A stretch of 64,000 nucleotides of DNA from Amphiscolops sp. MND2022 (taxonomy: Eukaryota), in NCBI GenBank assembly GCA_964187785.1, contig OZ076413.1, positions 45,138,001 through 45,202,000 of the forward strand, given 5' to 3'. The notes below the pieces were generated by a model. It saw nothing but the letters and a program-made list of their open reading frames with translations. It ran no database searches and was not told the DNA's origin. Made by a program: the position numbers and the translations under genes. Positions 1 through 13,548 of the stretch are shown piece after piece. The number at the start of each line of letters is the position of its first letter. Within the stretch, counting starts at the first letter, position 1.

Positions 1-1330
1 TAAAAATAATTGAAAATTCAGCGTTTTACACACATTTTGGGTCATTCTGAGCAAAATTTTCTCAATGAAAAGTGCAATATTCACTATGAAACGCGAGCGG
101 CGGACCATGTATACCATGTGGAACTTTTCGAAGCTTCTGTCTCACCAAACGTTTTTACTCTCAAATTCAAAATTACTGAAAGTTTCAGAGATCAACGACA
201 TTCTTGACGATTTCAATTTTTGCCGTCGATTTTGAGCCATTTTCAACCGAAGTTTGCACATACGTCCCGAAAAGAAGTCAGTCATTGTTGAACTGTTCCC
301 AAAATTTAGACTTCAAAAAAATCAAGAAAGTACACATTAGTTGCTTGAAACGAAAATTTTGAATTTTTTTGACTCATGCGGAGTCATTCTGAAGTATTTT
401 TGAAGCAAACCACTGCAGCGTTCTTGTGAAAGAAGGTACTACATAGCTTGAAGCATTCTTTCAATTTTGGACGTCTTGGAACTTCTAGTTCATGATATCT
501 CTCGGTAATCGTACGAAAAATGCAATAAAAACGACAAAAACTAGAAACTTTCGAACTTTTCGACAATTTCTCGGTCACTTAGATGCATTTTTCTTTTATG
601 CATTGTTTTAATCTCGTGACAAATGCCTTCTGAAGCTACGAAAGTCTATCGAAATGTAGACAAAAAGTTAAAAAAAAACAGTGAAAGCGGTAAATTTTGG
701 AAAAATTGTCTTCTGCGTCAATCCGAGACAAAAATCCTTAAAAAACATCAGTTATCTCTTCACTAGGCCTACTGGACAACAACTTCTTTCCTTGTTGACC
801 TTTTTCAACTTTTCAATCCACAATTTCTGTCGAAAAATGGACAAAAATTGCATGAAAACTTTGAAAGTTGAAATTTTTTGGATTTTTGTCGTTTTCGTTG
901 TCAATTTGATAAATTTTTCAAGCAGAAAACCGCAATTATCTCTTCAGAAAAGCCTACTGAAAAACGAGCTGTTGCCTTGTTGAACGTTTTCAACATACTA
1001 CTGCTCGACAATAATCGAAAAGTTGACAGAAATTGTCTAAAAATGTTTAAAATCAAGAAATCTCGGATTTTTTGAGATTTTTGGGGTCATTTTGTGCCAT
1101 TTTCTTTTGTAAAAACCGGATTTATCTCTTAATTGAGGACTACTGGTCAGCAATGTTTTGCCTTGTTGTAAGTGTTCAACATTCTAATCCACGAAGTCTA
1201 TCGAAAATGTTACAAAATACGCATAAAAACGTTAAAAATCGGGAAATTTTCGAGTTTTTTTTCGGGGTCATTTTCGTCATTCCCAAAAAAGTCCAAAAAT
1301 CTCTACAAATACATATCGCACGAAGCTAAT
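1..1330. repeat. Degenerate AT-rich tandem repeat, roughly 180-bp unit
   Basis: GGGTCATTTTG-like motif recurs near 39, 222, 381, 573, 716, 899, 1084, 1265; AAGTCTATCGAAA at about 642 and 1194; many A/T tracts. Confidence 0.45.
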
Positions 1331-1852
1331 TGTTTGTGAGTTGCATTCTGAGGGTGACACCCTTCAATTTGAATACAAGTTCGAATACAGCCAAGTGCCA
1401 GCTTTTGTAAGAATCAGATTATGAAAATTGGCAGATTTTGGAAAAAAAAACGCTACAAAAATCATGATTTTCCTCCTCCATTTATGTGGGCAGAAAATAA
1501 TAATCTTTTATCAGTCCGAGTTCATTCAAGGTCGATTCCAGCCGGGAAACCGAATGGGAGTATTGATCCGCTGTGTTCGAAATGGCACTCACAGTGAAGT
1601 AGATGTTTTCAAGGAACATGTCGATGAGAACAAAAATAACGAGAAAAAGAATCTGGCAGTTCTTATTAATACCGCGAGAAAGAAAATGGTGAACATGAAG
1701 CTGTCCGCAGTAGGGAGAGTAGGACTAACCAGTAGAGAACGTTTCAAGTTGGCTCCCCACTTAAGGCTCAAACAGAGCAAAGTTTTCAAAATATGCTCAG
1801 GACTTTTTTCATGGAAAACATAAAGAAGCGTCGTAACACCAGCAGGGTGCCT

Positions 1853-2519
1853 TTACTGCTCGAAAAACTCTTCAAAAATTCGGCTATTCCGTGCTGGGTC
1901 ACATAGGAGAGCTACGTGGGCGCCCATCTGGAAATCAGATAAAAAATTGCAAGAACTCTGAAATGCATATTCTCTAATATCGAAAGCAGATCTGGAGTCC
2001 TTTTTTGATAGATTTGTTTGAGTCCCGCTGATCGCTGAGATCTTGACGACAAGTGGGCGTGTCCGTACCGAAATTGTTATTCCCAAAGGCAAACAACTTT
2101 CTATACTCTATCTTCGGAATCACTCCATTATTGATTGCAGAACAGACAGCTCTATTTATCTGCGTTTGCATATCATTCATCAGTGAATCCATCTCTTGAA
2201 ATAACTTGAGACTTATATTTCCAGATAGCATGTCAAACGAGTCTGAAAACTTATTCGGCCACTCTTCCTCGTTTTCATTTCCAGTAACTCTGATTTCATT
2301 TCCTGGTGAAGAATTGTTCCCCTGCGAAGAAATTGTCTTAGAATCTTCATGGCCTAACGAAATATTGATAAAATTTTCAGATTTCTTTTTTTGAGTTTGA
2401 GTTGTTCTCACCAAACAGAACCCCCATGACGGGGACAAGCAAGTAGCAGATATTTTGAATGGCGACTCTGCGAGAGCTGACATCCATATTCCACACAGCC
2501 AGAAACCGGTGACATCCAT
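1853..2519 (-). pseudogene. Decayed retroelement ORF1/gag-like fragment (helical, frameshifted)
   Basis: Overlapping ORFs 1974-2519 and 1853-2092 with protein-like helical stretch LFQEMDSLMNDMQTQINRAVCSAI; interrupts the tandem repeat; no diagnostic domain recognised. Confidence 0.25.
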
Positions 2520-2979
2520 TGCAGATTCGAGTTAATTGAGATATTTAGCAAGAAACCTACTCAAACATGAGGATAATTACCAACTGAAAAACACACCCTT
2601 CATTTTCTGAAAGTAGTTGCGAAAGCCTTGAAAAAATTGATCTGGTGTTTTTTACCTACTGGAGTATCGCAAATTGGCGGGAACAAAAACGGATGACCTT
2701 TATCCCAAAAGTGGATGAAACCATAAAATGCAGAATTTTGAGTCATTAAATAAACAAGACGTCTGCTGACCAGCAGGATTTTTTCTGTACAAATTGTTCT
2801 AGCAATTTACATTTTTGAGACTCAGGAGTAGCCATTGCACTATGAAAACGCATAGATGATGAAAAAAAGTTTGACACTGTTTGAATAATGTCATCCCATT
2901 TCAGAAGGAAAAACTTCAAGGACACACCAAGCATCTTTTTGTTTTTTTTTCGACTTGTGTGTATACAAAAGCCTACCCA

Positions 2980-4700
2980 ATCAATTATCATTTTTTCTTA
3001 CAATTTTGCGCGAGATCGCCAAAAACGTCGAAATTTAACTTTTTCGACAACTTTGCGGTCATTTGAAGAACTTTTCTAGGAAACTGTAGCAGTCATTCTT
3101 GAATTACAAAATTGCTCATACGGTTTACAAAACAGTTTATTAACCTTTTAAAAACAAAAAGGACCTTTCATTCATTTCACGTCGTTCTGACAAACTTTGC
3201 AAATAAAAAACTGTAAATTCCTTCTTTCTTTTTCTGAACATTCAGCATGCCCGGCCTTTTTAAAAAACTTAGACTTTAAAATATTACGAAAGTTTGAAAA
3301 CTTTTATTGGAAATAAACTAAAATAAAAAACAACCAGTTTTTGGGGTCATTTTGAGTCTCTTATCTAACGTGAAACTGCAATTGACCATCAAAAGACCTA
3401 CTGAATAACGCATTCGTTCGCTGTTGAATGTTTTCTTTCTTCAAACGAAGGACATTTCTCAAAAACTTCAAAACTTTGCAAGAAACGTTGAATTTGGAAT
3501 TTTTCACTTTCGACTCATCAGGGTCACTTTTGATGTGATTCTGGAGCAAAATACTACACCTCCCTCTTCGAGGGGGCGTACTAGTTTGTTTGTTTTTGAG
3601 TGTTTTCAACTTCCTTAGGCACGAAAACTTTCAAAAAATGTACACAAAGTGCAGCAAAAAACGACAAACTGGAAAGGTTTGAGTTTTGATATTTTGGAAT
3701 GAAATTGAGGCGTTTTTCTTCTGAAAACTTTCGGACAACTTGCAGTCATTCAAAAGTTTGCCGGACAAATTTTTCGAATGCTAATTCAATGTTTAAAAGT
3801 TCTAATTTTAGAACTCTTTCAAATGTTCGATGGAAAGGGTAAAACCGTCAAACTGGTCAAAAACTTATGACTCTTTGGTTATTCTGGGGTCATTTTGCGG
3901 CTCTTTCCGAACATAAAACTGCAATTGATTTTCAAAAAATCTGCTCTACTTCGCGTTTGTTGGCTGTTGAATGTTTCCACTGTTCTAATATGCGAAATTT
4001 ACAAAATTTCTACTGAAGTTCCTTTTTCGGAAAATGTTTTGAATTTTTAGTCGGCGTTTTCGAAGAAAATCCCGACTCTTTCAGCGGCTAGTTTTTTTTC
4101 GTCAGTTCAACGCGTAACGTCCACTTTTTGTGCATTAATCCAATTAATGCACATTTACCAACTTTTACCATATGTACTTAGTACTTTGTTTTCAACGCAT
4201 CCAAAGCGTCTAACATGAGATCAAAAGCGTCCCCCCTTTTACATTTTTCGGCACTATGCGACTTACCGGAAACTTCGAAAAAAATTTCAAAACAAAATTC
4301 GTAATTTTTTTTTCTCAATTTTTAGTTTTTTGAGAGCTTTTGTTGTCTCCAGTTGTAGAAAAGTGGTTTTCGAGTCTTTTTGAGTCTTAGATATGGCGCC
4401 GACTTGGGCCGTTCCCGGCTTGTTGAGTCTCTTGGGTCAATCTGATATAATGTTCTACCTAGTAAACTACAACGTTTTCGTTCAAAAGGCGTCCTGCGTA
4501 GCTTGATAAACCGTCTGCAATTCATTCGTTGTTGAACGTTTTCAACGCTCTGATTCATGAAACTTCCTGAAAGTTTGACAAACGTTGCATAAAAAAATGA
4601 AAAACATTTGAGAGTTTTGGTCATTTTTGGAGCACACAAAAAGACCCAAACCCAGTGGCAACCAGTCCTTTTTGCCGGAATGATTTCAACGGTAATTTGA
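2980..4700. repeat. Continuation of the degenerate ~180-bp repeat family
   Basis: GGGGTCATTTTG-like at about 3056, 3343, 3520, 3886; GTTGAA(C/T)GTTT at 3423, 3966, 4531 as at 979. Confidence 0.4.
4200..4424 (-). mobile_element. Non-autonomous Helentron/HINE-like repeat end
   Basis: Ends TTAGATATGGCGCCGACTTGGGCCGTTCCCGGCTTGTT, homologous to 60541-60578, 13549-13577 and (inverted) about 20418-20445; also shares TTTTCGGCACTATG with 59990-60360. Confidence 0.45.
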
Positions 4701-6352
4701 GAAAACGATTCAATTACTAAGTAGAACTCTTTGCCGTTATATGCGCGGTAGAATGCATGTTTTTGTAACTTTGTGTTCGATACAGAATTTCAGCTAATTT
4801 CAGGCTCAAAGCACTTAGAAAACAGACAGGTAACAGTTGTTGTTCACGACTTACCTAGTAGTTAGATAAATTGTTACCTTCACATTTTTTTTTTAAAAAA
4901 ACAAAAACTCCGAATTAAATCTCTGCAATACAACAATAACTTTTTAAACGTACTAAACGTAGATTTTGATTTAGTTCAAAAACACTCGGTTGTTTCAAGA
5001 TTATGCTCCAAAATTCAGATATCACCAATAACCATTTTCAGCAAAAAATGTTTCAAAAATGAGCTTTTACCCATTGTTGCTCTACTTTTTTGCTGTAGAA
5101 AGAAGTTTTAAAACCTTTAATGTCCCGACCACCTGCGTTTATTTTCGCCCCAACGCGTTCAAGTTACGAATAAACTCTAATGGAATCTCATTAAATCCTC
5201 TGTCAACAAACGTTTCCGAAATAATGTGCACTGAATTACCTTTTTGAAACTGGGAAATATCAAACAGCTCCTACGGCGAAAATTTACAAAATTTCTGAAA
5301 ACAAATTACACTGTTAGATTTAGTTTTACCAGGAAAGTTCGGATCAGAAGCTTTCCGAAATTATAATATTACTTTTTTGTCAAAAGTTCAAAAGACTATC
5401 GAACGAATGATGCTCCAAAAATAGCTGTCAACTAAGAATAATTGTAGTTTTCATCGGGCTCAGATCAAAGTCCATGAAGGGAGGTTGTGGGAGAATATGA
5501 AAAGGTAATGAAGTTAACAATAGAGGGGTTTGAAAAATTGACCACCAAAAAATTTTGTCGCATTAGTTTCAAAAATCTGCAAATTGTTCAAACAGTTCAA
5601 AAAACTCAGTTCACTTTTGCATCTGAAAAGGAATCGGTGCTTCGCTGAAAAATCGGTTTTTTACGATCCAATCCACGTTAAAAAATCTACTCCTGAAAAT
5701 TCACGTGATTGAGAAACCTTGATCTCATTGACTCTTTTCCTTTTTTGAATACTTTGAAATAGAATGAGGCTGGTTAATAAACCACTTAAGTTGAATAAAA
5801 ATATATATTCTTTCCTGCTAGACCTTTTGAAAATAAGGCAAAAGGAACAAAAATTTAATGAGAACTCTCCCTAAGGAAATCATATTTCTAATTGAAAGGA
5901 TTTTCTCCCAGTTGTTCCATTCAAATGAAAAATCTTGAACTTTGTTGGGTCAATTCAATATAATTAACACAGTTTTGTAATGTTTTGCTCATACAGAAGA
6001 TAACTGTCAAAATAGGGCGAATTCATCAAACTCAGCATTAAGGTGAAAATTGAAAGTATTTTACGATGAGAAAGCAAGTAATCGTAAAGCAGTTTCTCAT
6101 CAGAAAAGGATAGTTTATCAGGAATTTCAAGCACGTAACCGATTGAAGATGTCAATTTTAGTTCTTTCGAGAAACTGAAAATGAGCTGAAATTGTCGCTT
6201 GCTAATGGCTATATCTCAATGTACTCCATAAAAAGGGTTATTATCTCACAAATATAAGAAACATATACATATAGATGAATAACTTATCAATAGACGAAAA
6301 GAATTTTAATTTTAGCGATATAACGCAACAAAGGTTCGCTTTAGTAAATGCA

Positions 6353-6870
6353 TTATACTTCTACATGTAGATAGTGCAATGCACCACTGACGCAAGCATC
6401 GTTTTCATATTTCGCTATCTTTATATACCCGTTCTCGCCCCATTTTGTTCCAAAACTGTTTTTGACCAGCCAATAGTCTTCTTTAAGAGTTGCATCATAC
6501 CCATAGCCAACAATCAGAGCCGCAAAATTCAAAGCCCTGTTCTGCATTGGACTCTCAAAAATCCCGGAACTGTAAAACTGTAGATTCTGGCTAGCTGGCA
6601 TTTGAACTGAAACTGGGCCCTCTGTATACAGGACATATTCCAGAGCTTTTGTGTCTCCAGGAACAATATGTCCAATATCAGTGAACTTAACCCGTGGTTT
6701 TTTACTGTTTCCGGGGCATGATCCCTTTCTACCCTTATAACGGTAGTCTTTTTCGGTCATTGACCCAATGTCATTCAACAAACCAATAGCTTTGGAAAAT
6801 GATGTGAAGCTGCAGTTTTGATGTGGTTCGCAATCGAGAACATACTGTTCGCTCAGTGCGGTTAGTTTCT
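6353..6870 (-). CDS. Cathepsin L-like (C1A) gene 1, exon 3; inactive homolog
   Basis: Acceptor TTCTAG (AG at 6872-6871), phase 1; LSEQYVLDC, GPVSV, FYSSGIF, LIVGYG, YWLVKNSFGTKWGENGY; catalytic His replaced (ALNFAAL); stop TAA. Confidence 0.93.
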
Positions 6871-7304
6871 CTAGAAACAAAAAAAATGATTGAACCAAAG
6901 GTGCCAAATTTTTTTTTAAAAACGCTCCAAACACTCCGAACGATTTCTTTTTAATTTGATACATTTTACAGTCAAATGTCACTTATACAGTTATTTATAC
7001 ATATGTAGCAGCCAAATTTTCTGCAAAGCTCGGGCTGTCGAAGTTTTACGTTTGTGACGCAATATCCGACAAGTCATTACTACATTCATTTTATCTCCTA
7101 ATGGAAAAAGGGTATTTTTAACGTGATTTTGTACTATTTAAAATGAGGTTTTGGTTGTGAAAAATCTGTGGCACAATTTTCTATCCAGTTATCAAACCCT
7201 ATCATCTGAGTTGTTCGCTGACTCCAAAAACGTTAGTCATCTTTTCCTTCGACTTTATCAATTGTAGATCGTCGTCTTTTCCCGAATCTAATGTCCTAGG
7301 ACAT

Positions 7305-7339
7305 TGCTATGACAGTGCTATGACAGCTATGACAGTGCT
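7305..7339. repeat. Short tandem repeat (TGCTATGACAG) x ~3
   Basis: tgctatgacagtgctatgacagctatgacagtgct. Confidence 0.7.
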
Positions 7340-7871
7340 CTGAAATAAAACTATCTGTGGTATTTACCCGGTTTCTTGTGAGCTGTTAATTATTTGCAAA
7401 CATGTTCACATCACATAATTAGCTTTTTCGAGTCTCTCGTGATAACCAATCAAAGTTTATTGGTCGGAGCTCTTTCATTGGGTAACCAGCTTTTTCTATT
7501 TTTTGCTCCCCGTTAGTCCCAACAAGCTGGGAACAGTATAAATAGGCGCCTTCTCTCATAAAATGGGACCCTTTCGGCTAACTAAAACTCATAACTAAAA
7601 ATATTTTTAAAAACCAAAAAGGGACTCTTGTTAATTTTGAAATTTTTCGAAAAAAAGCTGCCGGAAATGAACCGACAAATAGCTTGAAATGCGAATATAT
7701 TTTTTCAAAATTGAAAGGGAGAACCCAAATTGAACTTTTGAAACATTTTGACATTCAGTATCAACTGGTCACCTGAAAAAAGCTTTTGACGTTGACTAAT
7801 TCACCTCTACAAAGTTTAGAGCAAAAAGCAACAATATTTAAAAACGAATCATGATATACAATGATTCTAAC

Positions 7872-8169
7872 TTGTGCTTTTATGCAAAGCCCCTTCTAAA
7901 GCACCAATTGCTGAGAATATACTCCCACTTGCGCAATAGCCTTGATCCTTGACTGGGGTCACCATCCCTCTTGACCTTAGGTCAACACTTCGGGGAGTTG
8001 CGGTCAATTCTGAGAAGCTGTAGAGTCCGCGCCCTCGACGAGTGACATCCAGGGGCGTTTTGCCGAAAATAATTGCTTCAAACTCCCATTCCGTCAAATC
8101 ACCAAATTGGTTCATTCTTAAGTCGTAGGAAACTTGACCAAAGTGATAAAGGTAGTTATGCTGCTCAAT
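7872..8169 (-). CDS. Cathepsin L-like gene 1, exon 2 (end of I29 prodomain, start of mature domain)
   Basis: Acceptor TTTCAG, donor GTTAGA; 298 nt; [13 protein letters not shown] (GNFD-like), [25 protein letters not shown] with catalytic Cys replaced by Gly. Confidence 0.93.
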
Positions 8170-8884
8170 CTGAAATAAATAATTGATTATATTTATTTAC
8201 ACTATATAAGAGTCAACAAGAAAGAAACAGCTCAAAAGAGGTTCACTTTTTCAGCATTTCCGTTTTTTCTTTACAAATTGTACCGACGAACTTTTCTGGT
8301 AACAACTTATGACAAATTATCCCCAACATTATGCTCATGGGGCGTGTTTTTACATGATCCGAAAGTTGGTAGTGAAAAATATTCCTCCCTCGTACTTATA
8401 ACATCTATAAGAACTGCTCTATAATTTTCAGACTGCTTGAATTCTTTTTGCATGTTTTTGAACGTTTCTAACAACTTTCACCATGATTTTTTATTCTAAC
8501 TCGCAAAAACTTTCATTTTTTTTATTGCAAATGGGAATTGTTGAGTTTTACCGCCTTTTAACGCAAATTAATTAAATGCTAGGATATTTCATCCAATTTA
8601 TCCAAAAAGTAGCGTAATTTCGAGCGTGCTGTTTGAGAAGCTGTTATCACATTAGATAATCAGTTCAGATACCAAATTGTGAACACAACGTGATAGTGTC
8701 TGTAACGAAGTTGAAATTTTTTCGATTTCAATTTCAATCGTGGAAACTGCAGTGCAGCCCTGCAAGATTCAATGCCCGATGCTTAATGAATTTACTAGTT
8801 TTAAAAAAGTCTCTGCATGTAGGCCTGCAGTATATAAAAAGTTCTCGAAGGGAATTCATTAGAATTGAGTAAAATAACACTCAC

Positions 8885-9082
8885 TCTACACAAATTTCTC
8901 AGGTAAATGTGATATCGCATCATTTCATCTTCCAGGTCAAGGTATGCTTTTCTGTGCACCCTTTTGAAGGCGAGCCACTTAGCATCTCTTTTAGGATAAC
9001 ACATAGCTGAAAATGCACAGCCAAGGGCTTCCAACTGACAAGGCAAAGCAATTGCAATGGATAGTAATACAATTATTTTCAT
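8885..9082 (-). CDS. Cathepsin L-like gene 1, exon 1 (signal peptide and I29 prodomain)
   Basis: MKIIVLLSIAIALP signal peptide; WLAFKRVHRKAY; ERFNIN-like EDEMMRYHIYLRNLCR; donor GTGAGT; three exons sum to 1014 nt (337 aa plus stop). Confidence 0.9.
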
Positions 9083-9614
9083 TTTTGGAGGTCCTAAAAA
9101 CAGTTGATCAATAAATTAACAATTTCGCCATTAAAAAAAAACAATTTTGACTGAATTTGTAAGGAAAAGTTGCACCATGTTATTCTTTTTTATCAAAAAG
9201 TCATTATCTAATGGATTGCAGGCTTTTCCCATTCATGACAAGGAAATGCGGTAGTGTACAAACATAATATTACAATTGTGAGTTTTTGTTAAAAAAAACT
9301 ATAAGTAATCATCAAAGCCTGCGTTCGATTAATTCAAATCCACCATTTCAGCTAAAGAAAAGTTTTCTCTGAGTCCAGTGCTCTGACCGTGCATGTTGTC
9401 TACCAATGTTCAGGGATACGAAGTTCTCGATAGATCAAGAGTCGTCACAATTTTTAGTTTTGTTACATCATATCAGTTCAAACAATACAGATCGTACAGC
9501 GACAACTCATATAAACCGGCAGATCATACCAAGCGGCAGCTCGTACTTTTAATATCAGGAAACAAACACTTTATCAGTGAGGGCTTGAGGTTGGAAAAGG
9601 ATGTAAAAACTCTA

Positions 9615-9845
9615 GGGGAGCATGGTGTAGTGGTTAGTTTCCGGTCTGTACAAGGGCGAGATCAGGTTCGAACCTCTATCAACTCACAGTTGTTGGGCCC
9701 CTTAAGCAAGTCCTTCATCCTTACCTTAGTGGTATGGTCAGTGACAAACATTAACGCATGTGGCGGAGAAAAGCAATCATGTGTCAAAATGACGAGCTGG
9801 ACCGAGAATGCAGGATGCGACAACAAACCACCCCAGGAAAATTGT
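9615..9845 (+). mobile_element. tRNA-derived SINE
   Basis: A box TGGTGTAGTGG, B box GGTTCGAACC, then CCCTTAAGCAAGTCCTT resembling the CCTTGGGCAAG body motif of tRNA-SINEs; 3' end approximate. Confidence 0.55.
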
Positions 9846-12800
9846 CCCGCTAACTTAGCAGCGGATTCCGCGATTTCGATTTACCAACCAATGCAGCGGA
9901 TTCTACTGATTTGCCTTATCGTCAACTGAAAACGCGAGAAATTAGACACTGCGGTATTAGTCCCTGAATTCCGCGCAGCGAATTCCGCTCTTTGCGGTTT
10001 ACATGTTATAAAGCTTGGCCCAGGATTCCACTGCTCAAACGGCTCAACTTTAAGCCGCACAAAAAGTGTAGGGTTATGCGTCGTAATGAAGGATTTGAAT
10101 GTTTCTTAGAATAGCAGTTTCCCATTCATGTTTTTATAGGAAGTCAACTCTACAGGAGAAAACTTCATTAAAATAGTTTACTCTCAAGTTTTTGAAAACG
10201 TTGAATAATTTTGATAAGGTATTTTCAAAGATTGTTTCAAAATTCAAACGAACTCAAATAGCTAATATGGCTTATGCAAGCCTTTAAAATAGCAGTCGAG
10301 GTAGTCTCATATGTTTTCATGCTCCATTTGTTAATAGTTAAAGTTAAAGTAACACAAAATACAATCGAATGGTACTAAGAATACATTCAGCTCCGTCATC
10401 AGACGGCGCCCTCCTTTAGGCTCCCAAAAGGCAAGTAGTTCAAAACGTTCAGGAACTTTTTTAAACAAAACCTCAATCTCATCGTGCCAAAGAAATCAAA
10501 ACAGGGCCCTATTTCAACTGAAACACTCATGCCAGGGGGTATCTGTACTCTTTCTGGACTGCCAGATTTTTCGGAATTGCTAATGGTAATCCCATCGGAC
10601 GGGATTTGAGTTATCAAAACAGTCATCTAAATATCTTTCATTAGAAAATGTTGAGTTACTTGTCAATGATTTTGTGTCTAGAAAATCGACGTGAAGAAAG
10701 GAAACTTAGATACAATTTTAAAACAAGGAAAATGTGGTTTCTGAATTCCACGTGCTCGGGTCTCTGATCTGGGATTTATTTAGGTGATGATTTGCAAATA
10801 CCAAGAATTTATACAAAAAATTTAACTACGTAGTGTCACCTTATTGAAGACTAGTTGTTGCATCTAATGTTTTGAGATGGAAATTTCGGTGAAAAACAGT
10901 CCTATGGTTGTCATAGCTTTTAGATATGCGTTTTTTGTTTTCTAAACTTATCATCGATTCGTCGTAACGTCAATTACTTCACGAGGCTTTGAATCTAGCT
11001 TCGACGAAAGACCAAATGTAACGACAAGTTACAAACTCGTGATTGTTCGCTTCAAACAGGTGGAGGAACCTGCATCAATGGGGATATCGTCCGGGACTGT
11101 TGCCCATCCACCACAAATCCATTTAACTTCCCTGGAGTCGCGCCCCGTAGAAGGAGGTCCCGCCTCAAAGGAAGCTCTCCTACCGGTATCAGTCTTTTAT
11201 TGCTGTCTATAACGGGTATCTTGGTTTTACTCCCAGGAGCAGTGCTCAAACAGTCTTCGAAAACGTACCGTCTGCTTTCATTATCTTGCTGTCCAGCGCA
11301 CTCTCAGTACGGTAGTTAATGTTCATTCCAAGATGAAATTTCAACATTGATTTTGGCCAAAATGGTTTTTGAACCAAAACTAAAACGCTGCTTTCGTTTC
11401 CCCAGGAAACCTGTTGCTTAAATTTTGTACGTAATTTTTGCAAGCAACTATCTGCGGTTCTTTTGGTGATGTAGGTTTGCTTGTTGTGTTCTCCCACATT
11501 GATTTTTTCGAAGTTCCTGCTGTCGTTCGAACGCCTTGCTTCTTTCATTTGTTGTTTACCGACGTTTACTACAAACAATAGTTGAACGATACGCCGTTAC
11601 TTTTGAAATAGAATTTTCTTCTAACAGGCTCCACAAAATATGATTTTTTCTTTTAAAAATTGTGTCGAAAACATTGCAGTTCCCATATATCCTGCGCTTT
11701 GATTCCTAGGATGACTCAGGTTACATTTAAGAGCGTTGGGCTTGGGGATTTTAACGCATTAGGCAGTCGTTCAGAAAGTGGTTTTTGACAAAACTTCTCT
11801 GTTTGTTGGCAAAAGTTGTCAACTTTCTGAAAGAGTATTTTTCATACGAAAACTTGATACGTTCAGTTGCATGAACTCATCACGAGGATCAGTTACCGAT
11901 ACAATTTTCTAAATTACGCTCAAGCTGCTTTCACGTTGGCACCTGAGCCGCTGTGAAACGGTAGTTGCCCCGTTCATTTTACATTGCATTCGTTAGATGT
12001 TTCAAAAAAACTGTGCGGATGTTGTTGGAAGTATCTTGGAACACTGTTAGAAAGCTTTTAGATATTTTATTTTTTGTCTAAATTTTTGGAAACCACGCTG
12101 CTACTATTCCATTGGGAGATGAAACGTTTTTTAAAATGGGCTTTTTGGGAAGTTTCAATAATTAAAAGATTCTCATAATATATATTTTTTTCAAAATAGA
12201 TCTCACAATTTTTCATCTTAACATATAGACAAATGTTTCGACGTGAAAAATTCAAGAAAATTGTAGAGGTAATATGGTTGGGAAGTGAATGACAAAATAA
12301 CTTATGAAGAACTAATATGGAATAGTTGACACAAAAATTTGGAAAACTGAACGATTAATGGATTTATATCAAACATTTTCTAAACGATACTCAAAATGCC
12401 GTCTCTAGGACAAAAGTTGACAAGTTTGGACATCACTTCGTTACATCACAAGATGTTTGCTAAACAAACTTGATGTTAACAAACATCCTTTCGTTCCACG
12501 TTGTTTTGTCTTTGCACATCCGAAACTTTGCATTGGATCCTCGCACGAACTTGTGTTCAATTCTACCGTCTTTGTTTTCGTTCAAAGATTCACTTTTTGT
12601 AAACTATTCCGAGGTCAATTAAAGTTTTAAAATGGCTCAAAGATTGACATCCTGCTTGACCAGAAAGTTAAGTAATACCACTGTAGCCGAACAGAGGGTC
12701 AAAGTTCAATTATTACTGACGGATATAGCTCTTTTTAGTCGGCACTTTTTGCAACAAAAAGTGCCCGACTCCTGCAATCGCAAGTCTTTTTGTGAGTGGT

Positions 12801-13548
12801 CACACCGAATGATCAACTTCTTTTGTTCAATTGGTTCAACCTCCTCGTCAACTTAATATCATCGGGAAGCAGGTCTAAAATGTATTTAGGACTGACCGTT
12901 GCATATCCAGGGGATACTAACTGGTATCACCAACAAGGCTAGAAAGTGGTAAAGGGTCCCCTTGAATTTTTTTCAACAAATTATCTTTGCATGGTTTACA
13001 GCAGAGAAAAAAGTTTTAGAGTCCACAGGGTGCTCATCTGAATTTCTAGAATTTTAGCCGTGAGCCGCGCTTTTCATCCGTCTTGCTTTTCGTCAGCTCA
13101 ACGTGAAGCGACCACTTTCATAAATGTTCATACTCGACTTTATCAACTCTACAACTTCGGGTGAAAAATTAAAACTCAACCTTCACCATTTTTTGGAATT
13201 TGTGGAGGCTATCATTTTTGTACCTATATAATTTTTTCCAAAAAGTTCAATTTCACCAAATAGTCCTGCAGTAACTTTCCTAAAACCTTTTCAGCTACGA
13301 GAGGCGTTTTTGGAGCCTTAAGCATCCCACTGTTTGTTTTTTGGCCACTCTGTAACTTTATTTGAAATTCTTGAAACTATTCATTCCACAAGAATAGGTG
13401 TTTTTGTTTTTCATGGACAAAAAAACCGTCATTCAAGCCTAACGGGTCCCAGCTGCAAATATTGATTGGCACTGGGATTTGTTAAATGTCCCAATAACTA
13501 CGCCTAAGTATGTTTGAGAGACTTTGCCCTTGATAAGGTTCAAATTAC

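Noticed and set aside
7872..7960. Silicatein assignment for the Cys-less cathepsins
   Set aside because: Silicateins have Ser at the nucleophile, keep the His and have a Ser cluster; here the residues are Gly and Phe
9393..9929. 178-aa ORF
   Set aside because: Runs through a tRNA-derived SINE; no recognisable domain
10399..11578. Minus-strand ORF fragments with protein-like composition
   Set aside because: No recognisable motif or consistent splice model; may be a decayed gene or TE but cannot be supported
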